IMG/VR virus record: IMGVR_UViG_3300034106_001935
Origin: an uncultured virus (IMG/VR IMGVR_UViG_3300034106_001935)
Taxonomy: Duplodnaviria > Heunggongvirae > Uroviricota > Caudoviricetes
Length of the DNA: 64,000 nucleotides
Reading direction: 5' to 3' (one strand)
In this document: positions 35,930 to 45,524 of the stretch, in pieces
How the letters are laid out: each line of letters opens with the position of its first letter
How positions within the stretch are numbered: position 1 is the stretch's first letter
The notes under the pieces: generated by a model
The model's input: the letters and a program-made list of their open reading frames with translations, nothing else
Told to the model about the DNA's origin: nothing
The model's database searches: none
Made by a program: the position numbers and the translations under genes

Positions 35930-37186
35930 ATGGGACGTCCTCTAAAAATCGCAAAGGCGCAAGCCATATTAACAATCACGGGTACAGATGCAACATCTGA
36001 AGAAGTAACGGTTTCACAAAACCTATCAACTTTAGGTGTTATCAAAGGTATGCCGTTCATTCCAGCAAGCACAACAGGTGGTTTAACTGCCAATACAACT
36101 TACTGGATTTTAAATGTAACAAGTAATACTACTTTCACTGCATCCGCAACTGAACTAAGTGCTAATCCAACATATACTCCAGTTAATTTGAGTGCAACAA
36201 GTGGAACAACAGTATCAACATCAGTTGGTGTAGTTGATGCATATTTTAACAATCCAAATGGTGGCGTTGGTTTCCCAACAACAAATAGCAATACATATAG
36301 CGTAGTTGGTGGTAATACAGCTATTATTGGCCCACAAGTATTAGCACAAGTTGCTATCGGTATCAATGGTACAGGTACACTTTATGGTGATACAGCTAAT
36401 ATGAACGTATATGGTTCTGGTACAGATTTTGCCAATACATTATCCGTTGGTTCTGCTGTTCAAGTTGCTTCTGCAAATATTAACGGTGGTACTGACTATA
36501 CAACAGTTGGTTTCGTTTCTACTAATACCGGATACATCACCGTTGCAGTTGCTAATACAAACGCTACTGGTAATGTAATTGGTACTTCAGGTAATGCACA
36601 AACATTGTTTGTTGGTGCTCCAGTAACATTTGATGCAAACACCGGTGGCTTAGTTGCAGGCTCAACATACTTTGTTAAAACTATTGCCAACGCAGCCGCA
36701 TTTACAGTATCTAATACACAATATGGTCCTGTAAGAGCAGTTACAACTGGTACAACAGCGGCAAATGCTACTATTGACGTTACTGTATTGACGGCAAATG
36801 CTACTGCAAACTTTGAAGGCGCGGCGTTTGTGTATGCAAATGACGAAGCAGGTTACATTGTTCGTCAAAAAGGCAAGCAAAAGTATTTGGTAACAGGTAG
36901 TACATCAGGCTTGACAGCACAGTGCTTAATGGCTAACGTTGCAAATACTGCATTAACACCAAATACAATGCGTGTTCTTGCTACCTACGCCAATAGTGCT
37001 ACACAAACTGTTCAAAGTCTAAGCGATCATACAGGTGAGTTGTTTACAGCTACATCCGGTCCAATCGCAACTGGAAACATTGTATTAGCCAATGCTACAC
37101 CAGTTTATGTGACATTTAACACAGCCGAAGATGCTAATACATCTAACGCTATGCCATACAACTTAGTTACAATTTCTAATGCATAA
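35930..37186 (+). CDS. Probable virion structural protein
   Basis: MGRPLK start, YIVRQKG..KYLV; two internal repeats (GGL.A..TY.....F). Confidence 0.7.
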   Translation: MGRPLKIAKAQAILTITGTDATSEEVTVSQNLSTLGVIKGMPFIPASTTGGLTANTTYWILNVTSNTTFTASATELSANPTYTPVNLSATSGTTVSTSVGVVDAYFNNPNGGVGFPTTNSNTYSVVGGNTAIIGPQVLAQVAIGINGTGTLYGDTANMNVYGSGTDFANTLSVGSAVQVASANINGGTDYTTVGFVSTNTGYITVAVANTNATGNVIGTSGNAQTLFVGAPVTFDANTGGLVAGSTYFVKTIANAAAFTVSNTQYGPVRAVTTGTTAANATIDVTVLTANATANFEGAAFVYANDEAGYIVRQKGKQKYLVTGSTSGLTAQCLMANVANTALTPNTMRVLATYANSATQTVQSLSDHTGELFTATSGPIATGNIVLANATPVYVTFNTAEDANTSNAMPYNLVTISNA

Positions 37187-37188
37187 TC

Positions 37189-37500
37189 ATGATAGCCAAG
37201 ACTATAACTATGCCACAGCAAGCACAAACTGATATTGCAGTTCTTCAAGTTCAAGTTCAAAACATCGAGGAAAAAATCGGTGAATTAAAGGACGACTTGA
37301 AATCCGTGCATGAGTGTTTGGATAGGAATAGTGATGAGATGAAACAAATGATTAAGGAGATGCAAGAAAGCGATTCAAAAGCTCATGCATCTCTAGCATC
37401 AAAAGTTTCAGCTTTAGAAAAATGGAGATGGATGATGATGGGAGCCGGTATTGTTATCGGTTCGTTAGGATTTGACGCGATAGCTAAATTGCTACAATGA
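37189..37500 (+). CDS. Coiled-coil protein with C-terminal TM segment (holin/XhlA-like candidate)
   Basis: Heptad region followed by LEKWRWMMMGAGIVIGSLG. Confidence 0.55.
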   Translation: MIAKTITMPQQAQTDIAVLQVQVQNIEEKIGELKDDLKSVHECLDRNSDEMKQMIKEMQESDSKAHASLASKVSALEKWRWMMMGAGIVIGSLGFDAIAKLLQ

Positions 37501-37525
37501 AAAAGGGGCTTAAGGCCCCTTTTTT
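37501..37525. terminator. Bidirectional terminator between convergent genes
   Basis: AAAAGGGGC-TTAAG-GCCCCTTTTTT. Confidence 0.8.
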
Positions 37526-37923
37526 GTTAATGACTTTAATTTTTCTTGTACTACGTCAAAATTGACTGTACTGAACAATCCCGGATGTAATGGTTTTGGA
37601 TACTGATTATCCCCTACCCAGGCATATCCGCAATGTTCATAATTCAACTCTGGTATAAATTCATTGTCAACTTGGCAGAAGAATGTGTGATAAGTGAATG
37701 TATTATTCACAAACTTTTGTATAGGAATTAATTTAGAATCCGGGGGCCAAAAATTAATTTCTTCAATGCACTCTCTTTCTAATCCCTCAAGAATCATTTC
37801 GCCGGCTTCAATTTTTCCGCCAGGAATACCCCAATTAGATGGATTTTTATTATCTGACCTTAGGAGATATAAAAATCTATCTGTTGATTTGGAATAAAAG
37901 AAAACGCCTGCTGATTGACTCAT
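37510..37923 (-). CDS. NUDIX hydrolase
   Basis: Nudix box WGIPGGKIEAGE..LERECIEE; EH..YAW. Confidence 0.88.
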   Translation of the reverse strand: MSQSAGVFFYSKSTDRFLYLLRSDNKNPSNWGIPGGKIEAGEMILEGLERECIEEINFWPPDSKLIPIQKFVNNTFTYHTFFCQVDNEFIPELNYEHCGYAWVGDNQYPKPLHPGLFSTVNFDVVQEKLKSLTKKGP

Positions 37924-37940
37924 ACTATGATTTATCTAAA

Positions 37941-39311
37941 TTAAATCACAATAGAATAATCTCCCTGATCATACCAGCCCTCATACGATTTCATCCACAT
38001 GTTATCGGTATATCTATATTGAATATTGGTTGTAAGGTTAGTAACATACTGAACTGTTGTAGATGCTGACGCATTAAAACTTACAAACCATTTTCCTGTA
38101 CCAACATTATATTCAATAATGTCATTGGCTTCAGCAATCAAGTCTCCCCAAGCAGTGGTAGTATTATTGTCGCTTCCTATATTTTCAACGATTAGATATC
38201 TACGACCCTGTACAGGTCCGGGCAATCCTGCATTAGGTCCCGATACCAATGGATTGATAACACTATCAACTGGATTAAGTGTGTTTTGTGGTAATGTGTC
38301 TGGGTCAATATTATAGATTAACAATCTATCATCCATTGGATCTGGTACGATAGTTCCTACAATCTCAGTATCCATGAATGGGTTTTGCAACCAAATTTGA
38401 CTTATACCGGGTCTTAATGTACCGTATACATTCAATAAACTAGACCAATATAAATTTGTGTTGGGTGCAGGTGGCGCATCCAAGTTAGCATTGCTAGGAT
38501 AAAATGCTTGATTGGCTGGCAACAACTGTAATGTATTGCCTAACAATAAAACCTTGTAGCCGTACGGCGTAATTTTTTGTCTTGTGCCCAACAATAAATC
38601 ATCGTCCTGAATGTCTGACATTGCTTTGCCTGCAAAAATACTTGCGATGATTTTCTGAATAACACCCATCTTTTTAAGTTTAGCTGCGGTGCTAATCCAA
38701 ATAGGCATGTAAAACTTCCAGGTCATTACATCAATTGGATTACCTGTGCCCTGTGGTATACTTCTACTGGTGAATGTCAATCCATCTTGGTATACAACAC
38801 TCAATGATGTCCAATCAATGAAGTTGTCAGTACTTTGAATTTCTAATGACGGGTTAAACAATGCACCAAGTTGTTCAATAAGTTCTAACTTTTGATTATA
38901 ATTGGTAGTCCAAAAATCTACTGTTATTCTTAGTGTGTATGGCACAGGCATTAATCTTTCAATCGTAAATGCTTGGCCCTGCGTAGTTTCATACTGTTGA
39001 TTTTCTTGGTTATATGCCCTTTGTCTTACATTTATTCTATCAACAAATGTAGGATCTTGTGTTCTACGCTGGTCATACTCTAATGCTGTTATGTAATAGG
39101 TGATTAGTGGTGCACTAGGTAAATTACTTGCACTATTGTTTGCGATAATTGTGCTAGCTTGTCTACTGCTGTCACCGTACATCACGGGTACACGAACCAA
39201 TATATCATTACCGGCTGGATCTTTACCTTTAGTTACATACCAGTTGCTAAAGATTTTTGCAAATTGAATCAGGAACCTTCGTACCTGATTATCATAAAAG
39301 TATTGTGCCAT
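37941..39311 (-). CDS. gp15: Tail sheath stabiliser/terminator gp15-like, C-terminally extended
   Basis: YFYD.Q.RR...F...F, VPVMYG, MPVPY.L, LIEQ....FNP. Confidence 0.75.
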   Translation of the reverse strand: MAQYFYDNQVRRFLIQFAKIFSNWYVTKGKDPAGNDILVRVPVMYGDSSRQASTIIANNSASNLPSAPLITYYITALEYDQRRTQDPTFVDRINVRQRAYNQENQQYETTQGQAFTIERLMPVPYTLRITVDFWTTNYNQKLELIEQLGALFNPSLEIQSTDNFIDWTSLSVVYQDGLTFTSRSIPQGTGNPIDVMTWKFYMPIWISTAAKLKKMGVIQKIIASIFAGKAMSDIQDDDLLLGTRQKITPYGYKVLLLGNTLQLLPANQAFYPSNANLDAPPAPNTNLYWSSLLNVYGTLRPGISQIWLQNPFMDTEIVGTIVPDPMDDRLLIYNIDPDTLPQNTLNPVDSVINPLVSGPNAGLPGPVQGRRYLIVENIGSDNNTTTAWGDLIAEANDIIEYNVGTGKWFVSFNASASTTVQYVTNLTTNIQYRYTDNMWMKSYEGWYDQGDYSIVI

Positions 39312-39313
39312 GT

Positions 39314-41026
39314 TTATGTTCTAGGTGGAATAGGGTCAGGTGTTAACTGAAGTATAGTTGATAATCCCTGTTTCTGCGGTACTATTGCCCCATCAGTCTT
39401 AACCGTCACATTACTGTTATTTATGAAGCCTGACAACTGTGATGTATCATTCTGTGTGAAGCCAGTATCTGTTCTTACATTGGTAGAAATTCTGACCCAA
39501 AGTTTACCGTCCCAGCGATATAGTATTTGTGGGAAATAGTCAATGCGCAAGAAATAGTCTCCAACTTTTGGATTTTGTGGGAAACTGATTCCTGCACCAG
39601 TTGGTTCACCGTTGGGAGCTTGATCGGTTCCATCAAGATAACCCATTGTGTAACCGAATGTTCTAGGACTGCTTCTTGTAATATATTGGAATCTTGGATC
39701 GCAGTCTGCACGGAAGTCCATTTGTGGAGTAATTGTTCCAGTAAATCCGGGTTGTGTTGGATCTTGGTCTGCTGTAGCATATGTATTGTCAGCAGTACCA
39801 TATGGTCCTGTAATTGTACCCAATGATTGTACAGATAGAACTAACTCTCCCTCTAGTGCGCCCGAACCAGTGTCAAGCTTTGTCGGAGCTTTCTCAACAA
39901 TTTCTAAACTAGTAGTCGCAAATTTATCTAGTATCTCTGCATGATCCATGTCGGCTGTCATGTCCCATATGCTTTGAACAGCTTGTTGAGGAATTCTAAT
40001 GACAGGACTTGCTTTCTTGAACTTTGGATCTCTAATCATTAATACACTACCAGTAGCCGTTGTTGGGCCACCAGTACCGTCAATGACAACATTGATGGGT
40101 GGTGCAGGTTGATTTGTTTTTCCAGATAATTGTGTATTTGTTTCGTAGGTGCCATAAGTAGGTACAATATACATTTGACTTCTATCGTAACCTGCTTTGG
40201 GCACTAAGCGTTGTGCTTCTTCTAGTTGTGCATTATTAATTTCAATATTTCTATTGTAAGTAGCAAGAATATCTTTGAGATTCTCGGCAGTGTCCAATTC
40301 CCAATATGTGTCGTTGGGCGGAGCAATACCTATAGGTACTTCAATCTTAGAGATATAATTCTTGTCACCATAACTGATAACATAGCCCGGTGGGTATGTT
40401 TTATCCTTATCCCATAAACCAAGATAATTGTCTTGGTTTACTGGTTCTTGTAATATCTGACTAAACTCTTGACTATCAACTAATGGTTCGCATTTAATAC
40501 GCCACAAGTGTGGGAACCATGTTTGACTGAAACCTTCACTAGCATAGTTTGCGTCGGTGATTTGCATAAATCTTTTCAACGCTGTGGGAATAGATTCTTT
40601 TAAAGGATTGTAATCAAGTAAATGCGGCAATTCAAGAACATCACCAACCATCAATTTACGACCCACAATATCAATCATGTCGTTATAGTGAACGGTGATG
40701 AAAATAATATCGTTGTTTAAGAACAATCCAAACTGACTTAAATCAAAATCTAGATTTTGAACATTATAATGACCGCGCAATCTATAAATATTAGGATCGT
40801 ATGTTCTGTCTCTGTTTTCAAGGAACAACAAATCTTGAATATTTGTAGGATCTAGTTTATCATACTGGGGCTGAGTATAGTCTATTGACGCACCTTGATC
40901 CGTTGGACCTAGATACTTGTGGATGTATAAATCAGTACCGCCAACAGTCAATTGTTCCGAAATAGTTCTATCTAAGAATCGGTAATCGTTTTGCTTGTTA
41001 GGGCGGTATAAGGATAATCTTGGCAT
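39314..41026 (-). CDS. gp14: Neck protein gp14-like, extended
   Basis: LSQFGLFL.ND..FIT, GDVLELP; adjacent to gp15; late promoter. Confidence 0.65.
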   Translation of the reverse strand: MPRLSLYRPNKQNDYRFLDRTISEQLTVGGTDLYIHKYLGPTDQGASIDYTQPQYDKLDPTNIQDLLFLENRDRTYDPNIYRLRGHYNVQNLDFDLSQFGLFLNNDIIFITVHYNDMIDIVGRKLMVGDVLELPHLLDYNPLKESIPTALKRFMQITDANYASEGFSQTWFPHLWRIKCEPLVDSQEFSQILQEPVNQDNYLGLWDKDKTYPPGYVISYGDKNYISKIEVPIGIAPPNDTYWELDTAENLKDILATYNRNIEINNAQLEEAQRLVPKAGYDRSQMYIVPTYGTYETNTQLSGKTNQPAPPINVVIDGTGGPTTATGSVLMIRDPKFKKASPVIRIPQQAVQSIWDMTADMDHAEILDKFATTSLEIVEKAPTKLDTGSGALEGELVLSVQSLGTITGPYGTADNTYATADQDPTQPGFTGTITPQMDFRADCDPRFQYITRSSPRTFGYTMGYLDGTDQAPNGEPTGAGISFPQNPKVGDYFLRIDYFPQILYRWDGKLWVRISTNVRTDTGFTQNDTSQLSGFINNSNVTVKTDGAIVPQKQGLSTILQLTPDPIPPRT

Positions 41027-41047
41027 ATTGTATTTATCGGAATAGGC

Positions 41048-41076
41048 TTGACAGAAAATGGTTATTGATATATAAT
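41048..41076 (+). promoter_or_regulatory. Early sigma70 promoter related to the repeat family
   Basis: TTGACA GAAAATGGTTATTGATA TATAAT. Confidence 0.8.
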
Positions 41077-41105
41077 CATCGTATAAATGTTAATTTGGAG
41101 TCAAC

Positions 41106-42302
41106 ATGACTAAGAAATCTAAGAAGGTTATTGATACTACTGGTGTCCGAGCATTGAATCCACGGGATCCGGACACCAAGTATATGGGTGATGAGCCTTT
41201 GTTTGCGCTACAACCCGAGCCTGACTTGCGTAATCATGCTCTTGGTCGCGCACTGAACTGGTACAGTAAGTTTTATGGCCGCAAAGACGCAAAAGACCTA
41301 CTCATTCAATATTTGGAACTGAGCAACCGCAAAGATGATGCTAAAATCATTAGAAAAGTTGCCGACAATGAACTAATGATGAGTTGGTGTTGGGTCGCAC
41401 GAATGAAACTTCGTGGTTTGGAATTGACAGAACATGAAGAAACTACACTAGAAAACGAGATTCAACGGCTAATCAAGGCAGTTCATAAGCCCGAAATCAA
41501 AGTCAGTAAAACCAGTGTAACTAAGATTGCTGAGGATAAAGAACCTGTCAATCGTCCCAATGTGCAAGAAATTATGAAGGAAAAGGCACGGGAAGCAGGG
41601 GGCGAACTTGAAGGACTCTTTGACGACTTTGTACTATCCGGCGCACCTAGTAAGTTTGCTACTAAAGCACTGGATGAAGTTGCTAAAAAGAATGTATTGC
41701 CTCAGCATATCAGTATTCTAACTGATGTTTGGAAAAAGAAACTAAATGAATTTACTGAGTTGCTTGAGGCTAAGGACAAGCAATTGGTTGAGGGATACAG
41801 CTACCTAACCAAAACACAAGTTAAAAATATTATCAAATTTATTGAACAGGTAATCGCTGACCTTAATAGTTATATTAGCGTCAAGAAGGCAGCTAAGGCA
41901 CCCCGGGCCCGTAAGGCAGTTCCTGTTGAAAAGCTTGTCAGTAAGCTTAAGTATCTGAAGGAGTTCAAAGATCCTGCAATGAAATTGGACCTTGTTAGTT
42001 TGCATCCTGTTAAACTGCATGGTGCTAGTGAATGTTATCTATACGACAGTGCCAAACGCAAGTTAATCTATCTATGTGCGGATGAGTATAGCAAGTCATT
42101 TACTGTGAAAGGTACTGCTATTCTTGGGTTTGACTCCGGTAAAAGTCAAGTCAAAACTATTCGCAAACCAGGAGAACAATTAAAAGAATTTCTAAAACTC
42201 GGTAAGCCCTCAGGTAGAAAGTTTTTTGCTGACATTAAGGCAGTGGCAACATCATTTAATGGAAGAACGAATGAGAATATGTTAATTCTTAAGGCTTGGT
42301 GA
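41106..42302 (+). CDS. Hypothetical early protein
   Basis: 398 aa, GGAG RBS, basic C-terminus (NGRTNE..LIL). Confidence 0.75.
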   Translation: MTKKSKKVIDTTGVRALNPRDPDTKYMGDEPLFALQPEPDLRNHALGRALNWYSKFYGRKDAKDLLIQYLELSNRKDDAKIIRKVADNELMMSWCWVARMKLRGLELTEHEETTLENEIQRLIKAVHKPEIKVSKTSVTKIAEDKEPVNRPNVQEIMKEKAREAGGELEGLFDDFVLSGAPSKFATKALDEVAKKNVLPQHISILTDVWKKKLNEFTELLEAKDKQLVEGYSYLTKTQVKNIIKFIEQVIADLNSYISVKKAAKAPRARKAVPVEKLVSKLKYLKEFKDPAMKLDLVSLHPVKLHGASECYLYDSAKRKLIYLCADEYSKSFTVKGTAILGFDSGKSQVKTIRKPGEQLKEFLKLGKPSGRKFFADIKAVATSFNGRTNENMLILKAW

Positions 42303-42999
42303 CAAAATACCAATTCATATGTGCGGATTTTCTTTTGCCTGTAATCATTTTGATAATTTCATTTTTGTTTAATCCATAAACATGTATCATGTCATAACGG
42401 GTAGAATTAATAACTTCTCCTGTTATGGCATTTTTCCATACATATAGTGTGGCATCAAATCTTCCGTTTCCGGAACCCCTTTTTCGTTCTCTGATGGCAG
42501 GAACCAAAGACGGGTTAGTAACACCGTACTTTTCCAGCATCTTCTTTTTATGATTTTCACTACCAATCATTGACGAATGACCCTTCGGTGTGACGCCTGA
42601 CCTACCAATACTAATATTCTTTGGATCTGGCCCTCGCCACTCAGCCCATCTCTTATATGATGCTTGACTTTTCTTTTTCTTATCTTGTTCTGATAATGGC
42701 TTGTATTTTCTCTTCGGAGATCCATCACCTCCCTCGGTCATGTTTCTCAAAATACCGGTACACAAGTCTTTGCGCCCATACCAGCGAATATACCAACGTT
42801 CCATTGCTAATGCCCATAATTCAGTAAGACCATAATGGGTTATGAGAATCTTGTTAGTATCGTGCGGCGGCTTTATTCTATGATTTAGAGACCACGCTCT
42901 GCCTTTACTACCCTTTCCGACATAATACGGCGTACCGTCTTCTCTTAGGTAGATATAAACATAATATCCTGAAGGATAATTTCTTTTGCTAAATATCAT
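42289..42999 (-). CDS. Free-standing GIY-YIG homing endonuclease
   Basis: YYVYIY.REDGTPYYVGKG..RAW, E...IRWYGRKD..GILRN.TEGGDG. Confidence 0.82.
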   Translation of the reverse strand: MIFSKRNYPSGYYVYIYLREDGTPYYVGKGSKGRAWSLNHRIKPPHDTNKILITHYGLTELWALAMERWYIRWYGRKDLCTGILRNMTEGGDGSPKRKYKPLSEQDKKKKSQASYKRWAEWRGPDPKNISIGRSGVTPKGHSSMIGSENHKKKMLEKYGVTNPSLVPAIRERKRGSGNGRFDATLYVWKNAITGEVINSTRYDMIHVYGLNKNEIIKMITGKRKSAHMNWYFVTKP

Positions 43000-43123
43000 T
43001 GCTGTGATTCCTTTTCAATCATAGAGTAGTTGGGGATTCCCGTCCCGCGAACTACACTTTTATTTAGTCCTTTTCTATTGTTTTTCTGTATAGTTAGTGT
43101 ATAATTGACTATAGGAGAAACAC

Positions 43124-43561
43124 ATGTCCAATAATCAAATTGACCTAACAAAATACACACAATTCGTAGAAGCAGTAACAAGTAATCCAAGTAACCATTT
43201 TCATATTTTTCAGCAACGATGTGAAGAATTGAATTCTCAAAATGGCGAAAATGTAACTGGTCCGAGTGTTAATATTCCATTGCTACTAACGGCATGTCTT
43301 GGATTAGCCGCAGAGAGCGGAGAGTTTATTGAAATCAATAAGAAAATCTTTTTTCAAGGTAAACCATTGAGTGATGAAAATGTATATCATCTAAAAAGAG
43401 AACTCGGAGATATCATTTGGTACTGGATTAATGCATGTAGGGCACTCGGCTACGATCCTAATGAGGTCATTGCCGAGAATGTCAAGAAGCTTGAAGCACG
43501 ATATCCGGGCGGACACTTTGACGCATTTTACTCTGAGAACCGAAAAGAGGGAGACCTGTAA
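43124..43561 (+). CDS. mazG: MazG-like NTP pyrophosphohydrolase
   Basis: GLAAESGEF.E..KK, ELGDIIWY, NV.KL.ARYP. Confidence 0.88.
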   Translation: MSNNQIDLTKYTQFVEAVTSNPSNHFHIFQQRCEELNSQNGENVTGPSVNIPLLLTACLGLAAESGEFIEINKKIFFQGKPLSDENVYHLKRELGDIIWYWINACRALGYDPNEVIAENVKKLEARYPGGHFDAFYSENRKEGDL

Positions 43562-43592
43562 TTCCTGATAAATAATATATCTGGGATTACTT

Positions 43593-44378
43593 ATGACCGC
43601 AAATATTTTAACAACACCTACCAATCTTACAGAAGATGAACTAAAGCAAGCATTGTTTAAAAATCTTGCGTTGCGTTTGGGTGACGGCATAATTGATATT
43701 GAATTAGATCCTCAACACTATGAGGCTGCATTCACTTATGCTATCAAACTATATCGTCAAAGAGCACAAAATGCTACAATTGAATCATATACCTTAATGA
43801 CGGTTATAAAAAATGTAGACACATATACTCTCCCTCAAGAATTTATTAATGTAAGATGCTTATACCGTAGAACAGTGGGCTTAGAAACAGGCCCTAGTTC
43901 TACTGCATTTGACCCATTTTCAAGTGCGATTCTAAACACATATCTATTGAACTATAACTATACAGGTGGCATGGCAACATACGATTTTTACGCCGGCTAT
44001 GTAGAATTGGCAGCACGAATGTTCGGTGGATATGTAAACTATACATTCAACCCTGTAACTAAAGTATTAAAAGTAGTACGAGATTTCAAGGGCTCGGGTG
44101 AGCGTATTCTTATTTGGGCTGATGTACAAAGGCCTGTAATTGAATTATTGCAGGATCCGGGTGCCGGAGTTTGGATAGGGGACTTCACATTAGCAACATT
44201 AAAAACTATCATTGGTGAGGCCCGTGAAAAATTCGGCAGTATTGCAGGCCCGGGCGGCGGCACTAGCCTAAATGGTACAGCTATGAAAGCTGAAGGCAAG
44301 GCATTACAAGAATCACTAATTGATGACTTACGCAAGTATCAAGATTACAGTCAACCATTAACTTGGATTCAGGGCTAA
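43593..44378 (+). CDS. gp13: Neck protein gp13-like
   Basis: LRLG..IIDIELD, G.AREKF..I.GPGGG.SLNG. Confidence 0.8.
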   Translation: MTANILTTPTNLTEDELKQALFKNLALRLGDGIIDIELDPQHYEAAFTYAIKLYRQRAQNATIESYTLMTVIKNVDTYTLPQEFINVRCLYRRTVGLETGPSSTAFDPFSSAILNTYLLNYNYTGGMATYDFYAGYVELAARMFGGYVNYTFNPVTKVLKVVRDFKGSGERILIWADVQRPVIELLQDPGAGVWIGDFTLATLKTIIGEAREKFGSIAGPGGGTSLNGTAMKAEGKALQESLIDDLRKYQDYSQPLTWIQG

Positions 44379-44437
44379 TTGCTTCTTTTCTTTTTTATAC
44401 TCCTGTCTTATACTAAGTATTTGACAGGAGTTTTTAC

Positions 44438-45070
44438 ATGATTCTAGGGGTTACGGGACTGATTGGAAGTGGTAAGGATACTATTGCAGACTATCTATGC
44501 ACTTTTCATGGATTCCAGAGATTAAGTTTTGCGGCTAGTTTAAAGGATGCAGTGAGTTCTGTATTTGGCTGGGATAGAGAACTATTAGAGGGAACTACTA
44601 AGTCAAGCCGTGAATGGCGAGAGCAAGTGGATCCTTGGTGGGCAGAACGATTAAATATTCCAAATCTGACTCCAAGGTGGGTACTACAATATTGGGGTAC
44701 TGAAGTTTGTAGAAACGGATTTCACACCGATATTTGGGTTGCCAGTGTAGAAAATAAGCTTCGTCAATCTAAAGATAATATTGTTATTACCGATTGTAGA
44801 TTTGCCAACGAGTTACAAGCTATCAAAAAGGCAGGGGGAATCACTTGTCGGGTGGAAAGAGGTCTACAACCTGACTGGTATAGTGATGCGATAAACCTAA
44901 ACAAAGGACCTACTCAGATTGGCTGGGCAATAGCTAAAGACAGACTCAACAAACTGGGTATTCATGCCAGTGAATATTCTAGTGTAGGATTAGATTATGA
45001 TCATTATATTGACAACAACGGTACTATAGATTCGTTGCACCACCAAATTAAGTCAATAATCAACTTCTAA
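44438..45070 (+). CDS. gp1: Deoxynucleoside monophosphate kinase (gp1-like)
   Basis: GLIGSGKDT, SFA..LKD, TPR..LQ..GTE, ITDCRF.NE, HASE. Confidence 0.88.
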   Translation: MILGVTGLIGSGKDTIADYLCTFHGFQRLSFAASLKDAVSSVFGWDRELLEGTTKSSREWREQVDPWWAERLNIPNLTPRWVLQYWGTEVCRNGFHTDIWVASVENKLRQSKDNIVITDCRFANELQAIKKAGGITCRVERGLQPDWYSDAINLNKGPTQIGWAIAKDRLNKLGIHASEYSSVGLDYDHYIDNNGTIDSLHHQIKSIINF

Positions 45071-45406
45071 ATCTCCCCGTTTCCAAGTTACATTTTTCTT
45101 TTTAACAACTTCTACACAGTTAAGACAAATACTTCTTAGATTATTAAGAGCAATATTTTCTAAGTTACCATCAATATGAAAGACAGTAATTTGACTTGGG
45201 AATATACTATGAAAGCCACATAAATCACATGTGGCTTTTTTCTTATATCCACTTTTGATCCAGTTCGCTTTTCTGGGTTTTAGTTTGTTCTTTTTTCTAC
45301 CACACTCATCACAAATGCTACGGTAATGTGTGACCCCATTGCGTATGTAATTTACAGCAGAAAAGTTTTTGTTACACTTACTACAAATAGGTCTAAGAAT
45401 CGGCAT
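45053..45406 (-). CDS. Zn-ribbon/degenerate HNH protein
   Basis: CSKC, CDEC, CDLCG, VFHIDGN..N...NL..ICLNC; start moved to the ATG 4 nt after TATAAATA. Confidence 0.65.
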   Translation of the reverse strand: MPILRPICSKCNKNFSAVNYIRNGVTHYRSICDECGRKKNKLKPRKANWIKSGYKKKATCDLCGFHSIFPSQITVFHIDGNLENIALNNLRSICLNCVEVVKKKNVTWKRGDLEVDY

Positions 45407-45524
45407 TAAGTATTTATAGACCTTTGAAGGTACGGTAAACCACTGTTTTCCTAATATTTTTATAAATACTTTTATGCATTTCAAGGTGGTAAACCTCATA
45501 ATTTTACAATAAAGGAAAAAGAAA

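Noticed and set aside
45053..45406. Active HNH homing endonuclease
   Set aside because: The usual HH is FH and the terminal His is missing; more likely a degenerate Zn-binding protein
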